64,000 bases of DNA, taken from Callorhinchus milii (lineage: Eukaryota). This document shows positions 1 to 11,600 of this stretch, piece after piece. The translations under genes were made by a program, and so were the position numbers. Each line of letters opens with the position of its first letter. Positions within the stretch are counted from its first letter, which is position 1. Below the pieces are notes generated by a model. It had not been told where the DNA came from and made no database searches. It saw only the letters and a list, made by a program, of their open reading frames with translations. The stretch is from positions 2,542,001 through 2,606,000 of the forward strand of contig NW_024704749.1 of assembly GCF_018977255.1 (NCBI RefSeq). The letters run 5' to 3'.

Positions 1-236
1 AGTTATGTGGGCAATTGTCCACCTTATCTGCCTCTACACAGAGATCATTATGGTCCACTTGCCATACCTCGAGGCAGCTGTCTAATGAAAGAGCTAACAT
101 GCAAAGAAGCTTTAGGAAAGAGGCATTTCTAAGAATGATAAGAAAATGTATGTAGAAAAAAGTGTATAGCTGCACTATGGACAGCAATTACTGTTTACAG
201 ACGATAACAATACCTTATATTTATTTTTTTAAAAAG

Positions 237-385
237 GCAAAATACTGCAGATGCTGAAAATCTGAAATAAAAACAGAAGTCGCTGGGAAAACTCAGCAGG
301 TCAGTCAGCATCTATGGGAGGAACGTGAGTTAACGTTTAAGGTCGATGACCTTTCATCAGCAATTCTGATAAAAGGTCATCGACC
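237..385 (-). mobile_element. Penelope-type terminal repeat fragment with inverted partial copy and a hammerhead-like motif
   Basis: The minus strand reads CTGATGA-A-AGGTC-ATC-GACCT-TAAA-CGTT-AACT. 341-360 and 366-385 form a 20-bp inverted repeat with 1 mismatch. Confidence 0.6.
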
Positions 386-414
386 CCATGAGAAGGAGGA
401 GAGGGGAGGTTCGA

Positions 415-657
415 AGAAATTTTTTCACTCAGCGAGTTGTTCGAATTTGGAAAGGGTAGTGAAGTCCGATTCGATAACAGCTTTTAAGAGAGAACTGGAC
501 AGGTATCTGGGGAAGACGGGTTTGCAGGGTTATGTGGAGAAAGCTGGTGATTGGGGTTAATGAAAGTGACTTGCTCTGTCAAAGAGCCGCACAGACTCGA
601 TGGGCCGAATGGCCTCCTTCTGTGCCGTAACATTCTATGAATCTATGAATCTATGAA
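415..657 (+). mobile_element. CR1 LINE 3' end
   Basis: Ends GGGCCGAATGGCCTCCTTCTGTGCCGTAACATTCTATGAATCTATGAATCTATGA, the typical CR1 3' UTR and octamer-repeat tail. Confidence 0.85.
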
Positions 658-2069
658 GTTAGATTGTGGTTACTGAGACCTTAGAAATCTAGAGCTATGT
701 TGCTTCTTGATCAAATTCACAGCTTCGCTAAGAAGGCATGTTTAAGAAAATATTTTGAGACAAGCCCAGGACCTCTGCTTCAACACAAGAGAAGCTCTTC
801 CAAATCCCCGAATAGCAAAGCTCTTAAATTATATTTCTGGATCCGATGGCGTTATTGTTAAACAATTCAGCAAGGGTATTTGGATCTCATGAACAGCTGG
901 AAAATGTTCTTCATAAGGTATGATCATTTGGTGTCATGCAAGTGGTGGCTCCTTATTCTGCCATGTGTTGGACTTGTGGAAGGACTTTGAACGAACACCA
1001 GCCTCTCCTGGAAGATCAACATTCGGATTCTGTGGATGACAACCTTTAGCCAAGAACCCAATTCATACATAAAGATCCTGACTGCCGCCCACCACCGCCC
1101 TAGCTCAGCTGTGAAATCCATGGTGCTTAGAACTGCCTTCCCATCAACTCCTGGCATTACTTAGTGCTCAAAACAGGGATACGGCCAACTATGGAAGACC
1201 GCTTTCAACAAAGGCATTCATAAGGGCAGCTGAACTCTCTAACTAACCGATCAAACCCCCCCTGGTATGTTAAGTTGTAATTGATTGTGTTGCTTCTCAC
1301 TTGCTGGATGGTTCGAGGGAAGACATGCGGCTTCCCCCGTAATATTTGACTGCAACTGAACTAGTGCACGCACCCCCCACCCCATCCATCCATCTGTCGA
1401 TCAGTACCACTTGATGAGGGGGCAGAGGTAGGGTAGGATGAGAAGGTAGTGGGATTTAAAGGCCAGGAGTAATTTGGGAGCAACATTTATCCAATGTTGT
1501 AGGAGAAAACATGTTTGTCTAAATAGGAAGGTTGGAAGTGGTATCATAAATTTATTTTTTTTGAAGGAATTATTACCTCTTTTCTATGTGTAATAATTCC
1601 TTCAAAAATAATAATAATAATAAATTGGTCAATTCAATCCACGACTGTTTGTGGGACACTGCTGTGCGCAGTTGGCTGCCACGTTTCGCCCACAAAATGT
1701 ACGGTCGATTCACTGTTTTGTGAAGCGCTTTGAGATGTCTATATTATATTATATCAAATACAAGGATTATTATATTATTATTAATCTTGATAATATTAAT
1801 CTCCAGCAACGTCGGTTTCCCACGGCTTTTGGATTTTGTCTGGTCTAAATTATACAAGTGGTGCTATCGGTTTTAGCCTATTCCCTTTTACTCTCTCTGT
1901 TTGAAGAGTTCTAATATCTGGTGTATATTGTATATTTATAATAACAATAATAATCCTTGCATTTGATATAGCACCTTATCACATCTTCGAGAAGTTTCAA
2001 AGCGCTTCACAGAATATACTGTAAAGTGTCTGTATGTTTTGTGGGCGAAACATCCAGACATAACAGACA

Positions 2070-2575
2070 ATCTCACTCAGCTCCACTGCTTGTCCAGCTG
2101 GGACCACGCTACCCATTTTGACTTTGGCTTAGGGCTCAGCTCCATTAGTTCCTCATCCCTTGGTGGATCAAATTCAAGATCCTCATCCTCACATTCTATT
2201 CCCTCCATAGCCGCCCCCCATCCTCCCCAAACCTCCTACAACCATAATGACCCTACCTCTCTTCCTTCAGCCTGCTTCATGTCCGCTGCACCTTTCATTG
2301 GTGGCCGGGCCTTCAGCCTCTCAGCCCCTAGGCTCTGGAACTCCATCCCCCAGTGCCTTCGCCGCCTCCTCCCTTTCCTCCTTCAAGGCCGGTCTCAAGA
2401 CCTTTCTCTTTGACCATGCCTTCAGCTCCCCTCTCAACTCTCTACCCCCTCCTCGCTCCCTCCCTTCCCTCCCCTCACCATTTCCCCCTTGCTCGGGTCC
2501 TGACCCAACTGTACAGCGCCTTGGGACGTCCTCCCGACGTGAAAGACGCTCAATAAATGGAATCTTGTTGTTGTG
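2070..2575 (+). mobile_element. L2 LINE 3' end
   Basis: [17 protein letters not shown]...[11 protein letters not shown], then the GGGACGTCCTCCCGACGTGAAA tail and TTG repeats. Confidence 0.85.
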
Positions 2576-2885
2576 GGTGAGCTTTCAACCATTCCGACCC
2601 CAACCCACCCCGAAGTCCCACTAACTTGTCCCCTCCCATCCACTCTTGAAGCTCAACTTAAAACTTTGACCAGTGCTTTCCATCATCTAACCCCGAACCT
2701 TTCTTCAGCTCTCCACCTTCTCACACGAGAAGTCCTTCCAACGTGAAAAGCTCTTTATGAGCGTATGTGGTATTGTATATGTATTTTATTACTTCTGTGA
2801 AATCAGATTGAAGTCAACACAACAAGAACAATGTTAGAAAAAAAAAGGGAAAGACGGATATGCAATACGTGAATAGAGTAACAGT

Positions 2886-3098
2886 AGTTCTGACGAAATG
2901 TCATCGACCTGAAACGTTAACTCACTTTCTTCTCTCCAGAACAAGAGGCAAAGTACTGCAGATGCTGGAAATCTGGTGTAAACCCAGAAAGGTCATGGAC
3001 CTGAAACGTCAACTCATTTTCCTCCATCCATGGATGCTGCCTGACCCGACCTTCTTCTCTCCAGAGTTGCTGCCTAATCTGCTGCGTGTTCCCAGCGA
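2886..3098 (+). mobile_element. Penelope-type terminal repeat fragments with minimal hammerhead ribozyme motif(s)
   Basis: 2887-2922 reads AGTT-CTGACGA-A-ATGTC-ATC-GACCT-GAAAC-GTT-AACT. A second, 5'-truncated copy at 2987-3015 has GAAACGTC. Confidence 0.6.
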
Positions 3099-3099
3099 T

Positions 3100-3103
<4 letters not shown>

Positions 3104-3129
<26 letters not shown>
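3104..3129. repeat. (AT)n microsatellite
   Basis: Directly visible. Confidence 0.9.
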
Positions 3130-3130
<1 letters not shown>

Positions 3131-5879
3131 GCCGGTGCTATTCATATCACTTGTTTGACCAATTGTATGGAACATATCATTAAGCCATAAAGTTACACAT
3201 GTAATAGAGCGGAAATTGTTAACAGCCTAAAAAGATTCTGTAAGTTGAATAGATTCTGCCGACTATGCAGATAAATTCAGTTAATGCGGGGTTGATCGAG
3301 TCGACAGTGCAGGGATATGTGGCGAACATTTCACTGTGAAAATGATTTATCATGTTCGATTGTTTTTGTATTTGAAAATACTCACGAAGGTTATCAGACT
3401 ATACAATATTTTGTTCCGCTTCGGTTCTACCAAAGGGACTTCCCCCCACCCCACTGTAGGAAATATCTACAGAATAGATATTTTAACAGAATTTGCAAAT
3501 CACTGTCCGGAACAGGTGTCTGGTGTCAGTTTAGATGAGTTAACTTTAACAGTCGTCAGTACTTCAATAACAGTGATTATCCCTTGTTTAGGACTTGCTT
3601 TGATTTGGTTCCCCATTTCCTCCCATCCAACCATGATGGTCAACAGATTCAGACACACTCACACGCGTGTTAAATTACTTATTATATTAAAATAACCCAA
3701 ATAAAACAGTAGTGTATAGAACATTGCGTTTCAAGTAAAATTGACTCAACATGTCCCCTTCAAGATAGGGGAGTCATTAGCTTGACTGACAGAGGTGAGG
3801 ACTCCCCGATGATCAGCCCTGTCACCCCTGGTTTGACGCCCCTGAATTATATATTCAATATATCAACAAAACGATTCACAAAGTGAGGGGACCAACAACT
3901 GATATTGTCTCAGTCACAGGCAAAAAGCAAGAAGATGATTATTTGCCCTGACGATGTGCACAGGAACTCCATGGAATGTGTGTTGGGTTTACTTGTACTG
4001 TTCATCATATAAATAATAAACTATACGAAAGGATCATGACTTGGATAAAGAATTATACCTTCGTACTGTACTAATGGGCATACTGCGCTCTTTATAAATG
4101 CTTATGGAAATCTCATTGTTGATTGCCTTTGGTAGCTAAATTCAAGAACATTCTATCAACTCTCTGTGTAAAACAAACCCCCTAATTGCCCCCTTTTCTC
4201 ATTTGCTAATACAGTAATCATACACTGGTGCGCTCCAGTCACTGATCTCCACAGGAATCTATTTCTCCTTATTGACCCCATTAAAACTCCTCATAGTTTT
4301 AGACATCTCTACGCCCTCTACGGCCTTCTCTTTTCCAAAACCCCAATTCCTGCAGTTTCCGCTCCTACATCAAGCCAATGGCCTGTGGTATAACCTTGGT
4401 AAATCTCCTCTGTGCCCTTTCCATGGCTCTGATATGCTTCCTAAATTGAGTTTCTGTTTGTACAGTCTCGGTGAAAAAGGGAATTGTGAGAGAAAAAAAG
4501 GTATTAGGTATCTTGCCTGTGTCAGCTTGGCTCCATTGGTAGCACTCTTGCCTCTGAGTCAGACTTTGAACTCACATAGGCGAGATGGCACAGCAACACA
4601 GTGCTGAGAGACTGGCAACGAGGGAGTGCCCAATGCTTTTATTTCACATTTATGTGTTGAGTGCCATTTGCCACCTTTCCGCCCACTCCAATAACTGGGT
4701 ATAACTTGGTGTAGTTTTCAGTCATGTTTCCCGTGTGGGAAATTAAAGGGAATAACAGCCTCCCTCCCCCGTTTAATAAGATGTTGGCAAACGTTGGCAT
4801 CTTCTCCCGGCAGACGCCATTAATCTCAATCTAACTCCCAAACCGTGTCTGTAAAACTTGACAGCCCCGAGGTGGCTCAGTGCCCACCAACTCAGTGGAA
4901 ATTATATTTAGCAAACAAGGCCGTGGTTGGATAAGAAAGAAAAAAAATAGCTTCGAGCTGTACCGAGGCAGACGACATATTAATGGTAAATTTACATATA
5001 AAATAACACCTGCAAAAGCCTTTTAAAAGACTTATAAAGTGTATCTCACCCGTTCCCACGCTGAGTCTCTCAACCCCTTTCAATTGCATGTGACCGAGTT
5101 GAGTGCTTTTGTGCTGTCAGTGCAGCTGTTAAAGACAGGACTTCTGCTAATCTCCAACGCGTGGGAAAGAATCTGCAGCCGCCGCCTCACATTCACCTTC
5201 AAACAACATCAGACACATAGAAGGGTTTGTAAACGATGACACAGCAATGACAGCTCGCAGTGTCAGGGGAACATCTGCAGGGCGTAGGACCAGATGCCGC
5301 AGTTGTACTGAATCCGGTGGCTCAAAAAGGATCAGTTACCTGGAGCAGTCATTCACCTTTTAGATTCGCACTTGGTCTAAAACCCCTAATAACAATTGGA
5401 ATTTAAAGCACTGGACAAATATAATTGGCTCAGTAGCAGTGACTGCGATTCTCATGGAAAAAGTCAAATAGATTGGTGTTCCGTTCAATCTCTATAGTTC
5501 GGAGTTCAACAACAACAAATTACACTTATAGAGCGCCTTTCACGTTGCAAGAACGTCAAAAGGCACTGGACAGTTACCGGTTTGCCCCCGAGCCTGGGGT
5601 TTGGGATGAACTCGGTTTAAGTTTAAGATAGATCTGGAAATTCCATTTTCTTAAAAATCGTAAATATCTTATTCGTTGGTCTCTGTCCCTCTCCATTCCG
5701 TGAAACGTCTTAAAATGTATGATGTAATTCCTTCAGGGGTCCAAAAACCCTAAGTGTCCAGCGCCCTGGGACGTCTTTCCAATATGAAAGGCGCTATTCA
5801 AGTGTAATTTGTTGCTGCTGTTGTTCTGTTTTTCTACCCAACATGTATTTCGTGTACTGAATTCCATTTGCCAACTTTC

Positions 5880-6180
5880 TGACCATTCCACCAATTATCC
5901 GAAGTATAAAGATTGAACAGGACACCAATCTATTCTGGTTTTCTAGTCACCTGTATTCTTCCTCACAGTCCCTGGTCCTTCTTGGTCAAGCGCACTGCAG
6001 TAACCACCCTCGAGTTCTCCGGCATAGTATTTGTTTCCAAGGATGTTTGGAAAGCATATGGTCAGGGCCTCCACTATCTCTTCCCTGACTTTCAGCAGCA
6101 TTAAGAGAGTTATACCATTGGGTCCAATAACGTTTTCTCTTCGAACGTTCCAATAATATTTTTCGCTGAATAATTCTCTC
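5880..6180 (-). mobile_element. CR1 ORF2 fragment
   Basis: The minus strand translates GPNGI..LLKVREEIVEALTICF, resembling CR1 GPDGIHPRVLKEVREEI.EAL. Confidence 0.6.
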
Positions 6181-6970
6181 TAACAAGCATACGTTCGCAT
6201 ACCTACGTCGAAACTAAAGGTAAATAATGATTAAGCAATTCCATCGTTCCTCATTCTTAGTATTCAGTCTTTATCTCTGGTAATATTTTCGTTGTGGAAA
6301 GTGGACTGGTGATGTAAACAGAAGATCAATCCAGTGGTATCTATCTACTCATTGCAGGGTCATTGTTAGTTAGTTAGTTAGTTAGTTCGTGTTGCCTGCC
6401 ATAAAGGTTGACAAAAAACACCATGTAATTGTGGTCTAACTAATGTCCAAATAAGAATCGGTACATTTGAACGTGAAATTCTAATCATTCGGTAACAATC
6501 TATTGACAACTGTTTCATAGAAGACAAACTATTTGTATAAATAGTGTATTATCATGGCAGGTTCAAACAGCCTGTAAGTAAGCCTTGAATTCTATATAGT
6601 GGGAATTATTTTTGGTAGATTTTTTTTAAATGGTAGATTTTCGTACAATTTAAATGTAAGTATTTAAGTGTTAATCTGTTTTGCCTATGGAGATATTATA
6701 TGCAATCCTAGCTGTGTTTTGTTTTAAATATCAAATGATATGTGCCTTGCTGTTTATTGGAAGATAATTCAACACTTTAATTTGAAAGTAAAGATGTAAA
6801 GATTTCCGAACTGGATTTTAGATGAGGGAAGGGGAGGATCTTGCTAACACTCGATGACTCTGTGTCACCCATGTGTTTGGATGCACGTACACGTGGGGGT
6901 AATACAAATGACAGAACAGCCTCAGTATATGTTAATCGATCACGCAGTAGACAGTATTTGAACACACTCA

Positions 6971-6976
6971 TTTATT
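6971..6976 (-). terminator. probable hes5 polyadenylation signal AATAAA
   Basis: TTTATT on the + strand about 760 nt beyond the stop codon, at the end of an AT-rich 3' UTR-like stretch. Confidence 0.5.
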
Positions 6977-7733
6977 CGCATTTAGCATTGTTACAATGAA
7001 ATACTCAATTAAACACAGATTTGTGAATGCAGGTCTTATTCCCATTTACGAGACATGTGGGATCGAATGGACAAATGCAGCAAACAGTATGTTCAGATGA
7101 AGCATTGTAACAATGCAGGTTGTATTTACACAGTAGACAGATAAATATTATTTCCAATAAAGATAACAAACTATTGGAAATATGATGAACTTGTTTAAGA
7201 ATATGAAAACTGTAAAACAGCAGAAAACAGCTCTGATCCGAACGAGAATGCAGAGCATTGCAATCAAATGGATTTATACCAACATTTAGAAAAAAATACA
7301 CTATAAAACTTTAATCATATAGAAATATGCATACACATCCACCTTTTAAAAGATGAAAACACTCCTCAGTAAGAAGACTACTTAAAACACACCACTGACA
7401 CTTCTTTATAAAAGAACAACATCGGTGCAGGTACAGCCTACATATAACAGCAGGCGATATCAACGCCGAGTTAGTTGTCAGTTTTAGGTATGGTTTCAGT
7501 CACCTACAAATATTGTAGAAGAGTACATGTCATAGACTATGACGGTACATCAAAATACACCATTTAACATTAAATTATAAATCGAAAAAGGACACATCTT
7601 CTTCAATGTGAAGACAATAAAGTCACACTCCCTTCCATTCTGGAATACCTCTCGACACCAGAGAAACACCTCCAGTGTTGGGTAACTGCTCTCAGAGTTC
7701 TGGGAAATGAGTCCACACGTGGCCCACCTCCCT

Positions 7734-8495
7734 CTACCAGGGTCTCCAAAGCACTTTGGTGCTGGGGTGGGCTGTCTGCTTGTTGGCTGTGTCCGGCTGA
7801 TGGGGCACAGCGGGTAGAGCGGGTGCGGGATCACACGGGTCCACGGGTGGATTCTGAGCTCCGTGCAAATGGGTCACGAGTTTCCTCTGAATGTCATTCT
7901 TGCTCTCTTGTGCAAAAGAAAACTGTTGAATCTCTTGGAGACAGCGCGAGTATCCTTCGTTGTAATTCTGCGTTAGACTCGTCGTGTAAGTCACTGCAGG
8001 TAAACAAAAGCAAACAGAGTGAGATTCAGAGAACGGTTCGCAGGGCTAACGGGGTCGCAATGGTAACATCCGCTCAAGAACACCATTTATCTATCACTCA
8101 AGAAGGTATTAAGTACCTGTGAATAGGCGCTGGTTGTGAAGCTTCAAGAAATTCACTGTCATTTCTAGGATGTCCGCCTTCTCCAGTTTCATGTTTGGTT
8201 CTTGATTCTGAAACTCTCTTCCCAGTAAAGTCTTCAGCTGTTCGATGCTGTGGTTTATTCGATCCCGGCGCTTTTTCTCTATCACTGGTTTCATCAACTG
8301 GGGAAGAGAGAAAAAACAAACAAGAGATTTAGCATTAACATGACATGTCAAGGCACAGCACATGATATTCACTGATTCAGCAACACAAGACATCTTTCGT
8401 GTTAGGGAAGCTGCTGTTACCTTGTACTTCTCTTTCCTGGTGACCTTTTCTTCGGTATATTCCCTCGTGATGACGCTTGAGGTATGAGGGGCCAT
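7734..8495 (-). CDS. hes5: HES5-like bHLH-Orange-WRPW transcriptional repressor; exons 8495-8421, 8297-8117, 7993-7734; 171 aa
   Basis: The spliced ORF reads MAPHTSSV...KEKYK|LMKPVIEKKRRDRINHSIEQLKTLLGREF...KLEKADILEMTVNFLK...|Orange domain NYNEGYSRCLQEIQQF...VLWRPW*. Both introns are GT-AG (phases 0 and 1). The DRINxSIEQLK motif, Orange sequence and 3-exon layout are HES5-type. Which paralog this is remains unresolved. Confidence 0.92.
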
Positions 8496-8589
8496 GCCTT
8501 TAGATTGTGCTATCGGGTAAGCTGCCAGAGGAACTGTGGCTGGGTTTGCCCACTGTGGTTCTGCAGTCTCAAGCCGACTGCCTCCCTCT

Positions 8590-8660
8590 ATTTATACCTC
8601 CCCGTGTCATTAAGAAAGTGTGTGCCAGTTTCCTTCGGCGTTTCCCACACTCAGAGGCCA
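8590..8660 (-). promoter_or_regulatory. hes5 proximal promoter: CCAAT/ATTGG, RBPJ site and TATA box
   Basis: On the minus strand, TATAAAT is at 8596-8590 and TGTGGGAA at 8649-8642, with a GCCAAT element at about 8657-8662. This is the order known from vertebrate Hes5 promoters. Confidence 0.75.
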
Positions 8661-11600
8661 ATGATTGCCTTGGGAGCAACAATAGGGGAAGCGTTTCTTT
8701 CTAAATGGCAGTTTTCGTTCTTTTGTTCTATGATAGTCTCCAAGGACCATCTGGACAGCACGTATGACAGAGTAAATCCGAGGCAATTACTCTCATCTGA
8801 GGTTATAGGACCCTGGGAAAGCTCCTCCCGTTACTGTTGCACAAAGAATTTTATTACAGAGGAAAATATGCTGCTCTTACACCCCTGGTTCATCTTAACT
8901 CTTTCGATTCTGCCCCGAAGAAAAGAATTCCTCACGGCAGATGTTATCTCGTCGCTAACTGCCTATTATTCCTGTGGATGATAATGTTAAACGAATATTT
9001 TATCTCAGCGAATCGATTTTTTAAAGATTAATTTAGCTGAAAGTCAAAAAATGTAGAAGATACTTTAAATGTGATCTGCAGCCTTTCTGATTTAAACACA
9101 ACTCCTCCCCTGATACTCCAGGAAGGAAACTATAAAAGTGCCCTACGTAAGAATATTTTAGCTCAACGAATCCAATTTTTTAAAAGATTATTTTTTAAAA
9201 AGTCATAAAATATAGAAGATGCTTCAATTGTGATCTATAGCATTTTCTTGCATAGTAATCATACAGTACATTATTTGAGAGCCAACTAAAAATAAACTGT
9301 GTAGAAGGCAAAACTGCAGGATTTTCTTTTGCAGACCTTCGTAATACATTTCCATTAGCAGTTATTCTATGAGAATTTAACATTACTTAAGATTGCTGGA
9401 AACAAAACGTGTTTATAATTAAATATAATGTTGTGCAATCCATTTGTGAACCCATTTTGAGTGAAGATATAATTGAATATCTCTCTCTGTGTGCGTTTCC
9501 AGAACACCACAGAAAATAAGCACATTACTAATAACATGCTACAGGTACCTATTTTAAATAACTCCCCAAATTAAATACCCGATCGTGAAAAGTCCATCAA
9601 TCCACGACTCGTAAAGCAAATGGAAAATACAATTAATGCTGTTTTGCATTTTCAATAAATTCAAGAGACATTCCTGAGGTCTCGAAATTTGCTAACTTTA
9701 TGCCATTATTAAAAAAAATTCACCAGACATATTTGGAAATTGCGAACCATTACGTTTAACATTGGCTGCAGGAAAATCTCTGAACTGTGTTGAGAGATCT
9801 GGAGGCTGAACATATGGAAATGCAAACTTTATTTGAAGTGTCATCGTGGGTTCTGAAAGAGAAAATTGGGATTATAGTGGTAATGATAATATATTTAATA
9901 AGATTAATAATCCTTGCATTTTGACATTGCACCTTATTACGTCGATGAGACGTCTCAAAAGCTTCACATGGTATACTGTAAACTGATGTGACTGTGCATC
10001 TTTGGACAAACGCTGCAACCAATATGCGGACATCAATGTTCCACCAACTTATTAAATTATGTTGAAAATATTAGTGATATAGTGCACAGTAGTTATGACA
10101 GTCATATACACTTGGATTTTCATTGAATCTTTTGTATTATTTGGTTTCACATCGGTAGTTCATGGCTAAATAAGAATTCAATGAGTCAAGGACAGGGGAT
10201 ACAGTATGGTGTTGGATAGAAAGTTGGCCTAGGAATAGGAAAGATGTTTCTAAATTATCTTACCAATGGTCTTCAGAAATTGCCTATTTTTTACTAGAGA
10301 CTGTGAGGTGAACTGATCAAACGTTGTACGATGACGAAGGGGAGTTGACGAGATTGAACCTGATAAATTATTTAGTGGTGACGTTTTAAAATACCAGAGA
10401 GACAACATTTTTTTTAAAAAAAGCAGTAAGGAACAAGAAAGGAAACCAGTTAGAACTTTTCACACACATTTTATGGTAATAGGTTTGATTTTGGAATTGG
10501 TTAGCAGACAGAAAGAGATTCAAGAGAATGTGTTTCTCGAAGGCGAAGCGACCGAAAGCTTTGGCGAGAAAGGAGGCAGATAGGATGAGAACAATGAAAA
10601 CGCCACGCGTTTATTGAGTTAAGTGACTATTTCCTGTGTTACTTTTATTGCGTTTTATGTCCTAAATACCAAATTACCGTTTGTTCGTTCTTATTGTCTC
10701 CAGAAGGCTTTTTGTTTGGGAAGACAAAATGTCTATCGATTGTTTACGCAGTAACTTGCAATTAATAGGAAAATATGCTTTTTTTAAATTTATATGTTTC
10801 TGCATTCACAAGGATATTGCAATTGTATTGCTACAATTCTGAATCAAAGGTTAAGACGTGGATGCATCTCCGTTGAGACATTTTAAAAAAAAGTTTTATA
10901 GAAATGAGTAGAAATATCTATTTCATAGCAGGTCGTTATTATTTGTTATTATGCAGGCACGCGTGCGGGTTTGAATGTATATATAAATTTGTACATTGGG
11001 AAGATTCTACATTGCAATCATTCAGTGAAGTGGAGCAGACCCATTTCACCAACTGTTCGGTGTTTTATGTCCGGATAAATGACACGATTTAGTGTCTATT
11101 GAAATGCACAGCTGCGTGGGATCTCTTTTGTTTATCGACACGTGGGAAACAGTCAGGTTCAGCTATCTCAGCACTGCCCCTAATCTCAGGGAACAGTTCA
11201 ATAGAGATTGTTACTCTCACTCATCAGCACAGAAACATTGGTTCAGACACATGCGCAATTCATAGATTATGTAGATTTTTTTATAAAAAAACGCTAATTA
11301 TGCTTCAGTATTCAAAACCGAAATAGTACTTGAAGCTTGTATAACGCTATTAATGTATCTGATACATTTGTTTTGCTACGGTGATTACATTAAGTTTCCA
11401 GTGCTTTGGTTACACGAACATGTAGACATGGTTTATAGTGGAAGGGTAATTTCTATTCATTTCAATATCATGAGTCTCACCACAGTTACATTAATCAATT
11501 AAGTGTATGTATGTATGTATATATATATATATTGCATTGAGTGGATCCTTCATAATCCAAAACTGCTGGAAACTGACAAGAGAAAACGATGCTCACAAAG

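Noticed and set aside
7754-7760. miR-9 seed match ACCAAAG in hes5
   Set aside because: It lies in coding sequence (Thr-Lys-Val codons) and is a single 7-mer.
8668-8677. Second RBPJ site forming a paired site with 8642
   Set aside because: The orientation is tail-to-tail and the match is poor. The other candidate (TGTGTGCC at 8619-26, 15-nt spacer) is too degenerate to call.
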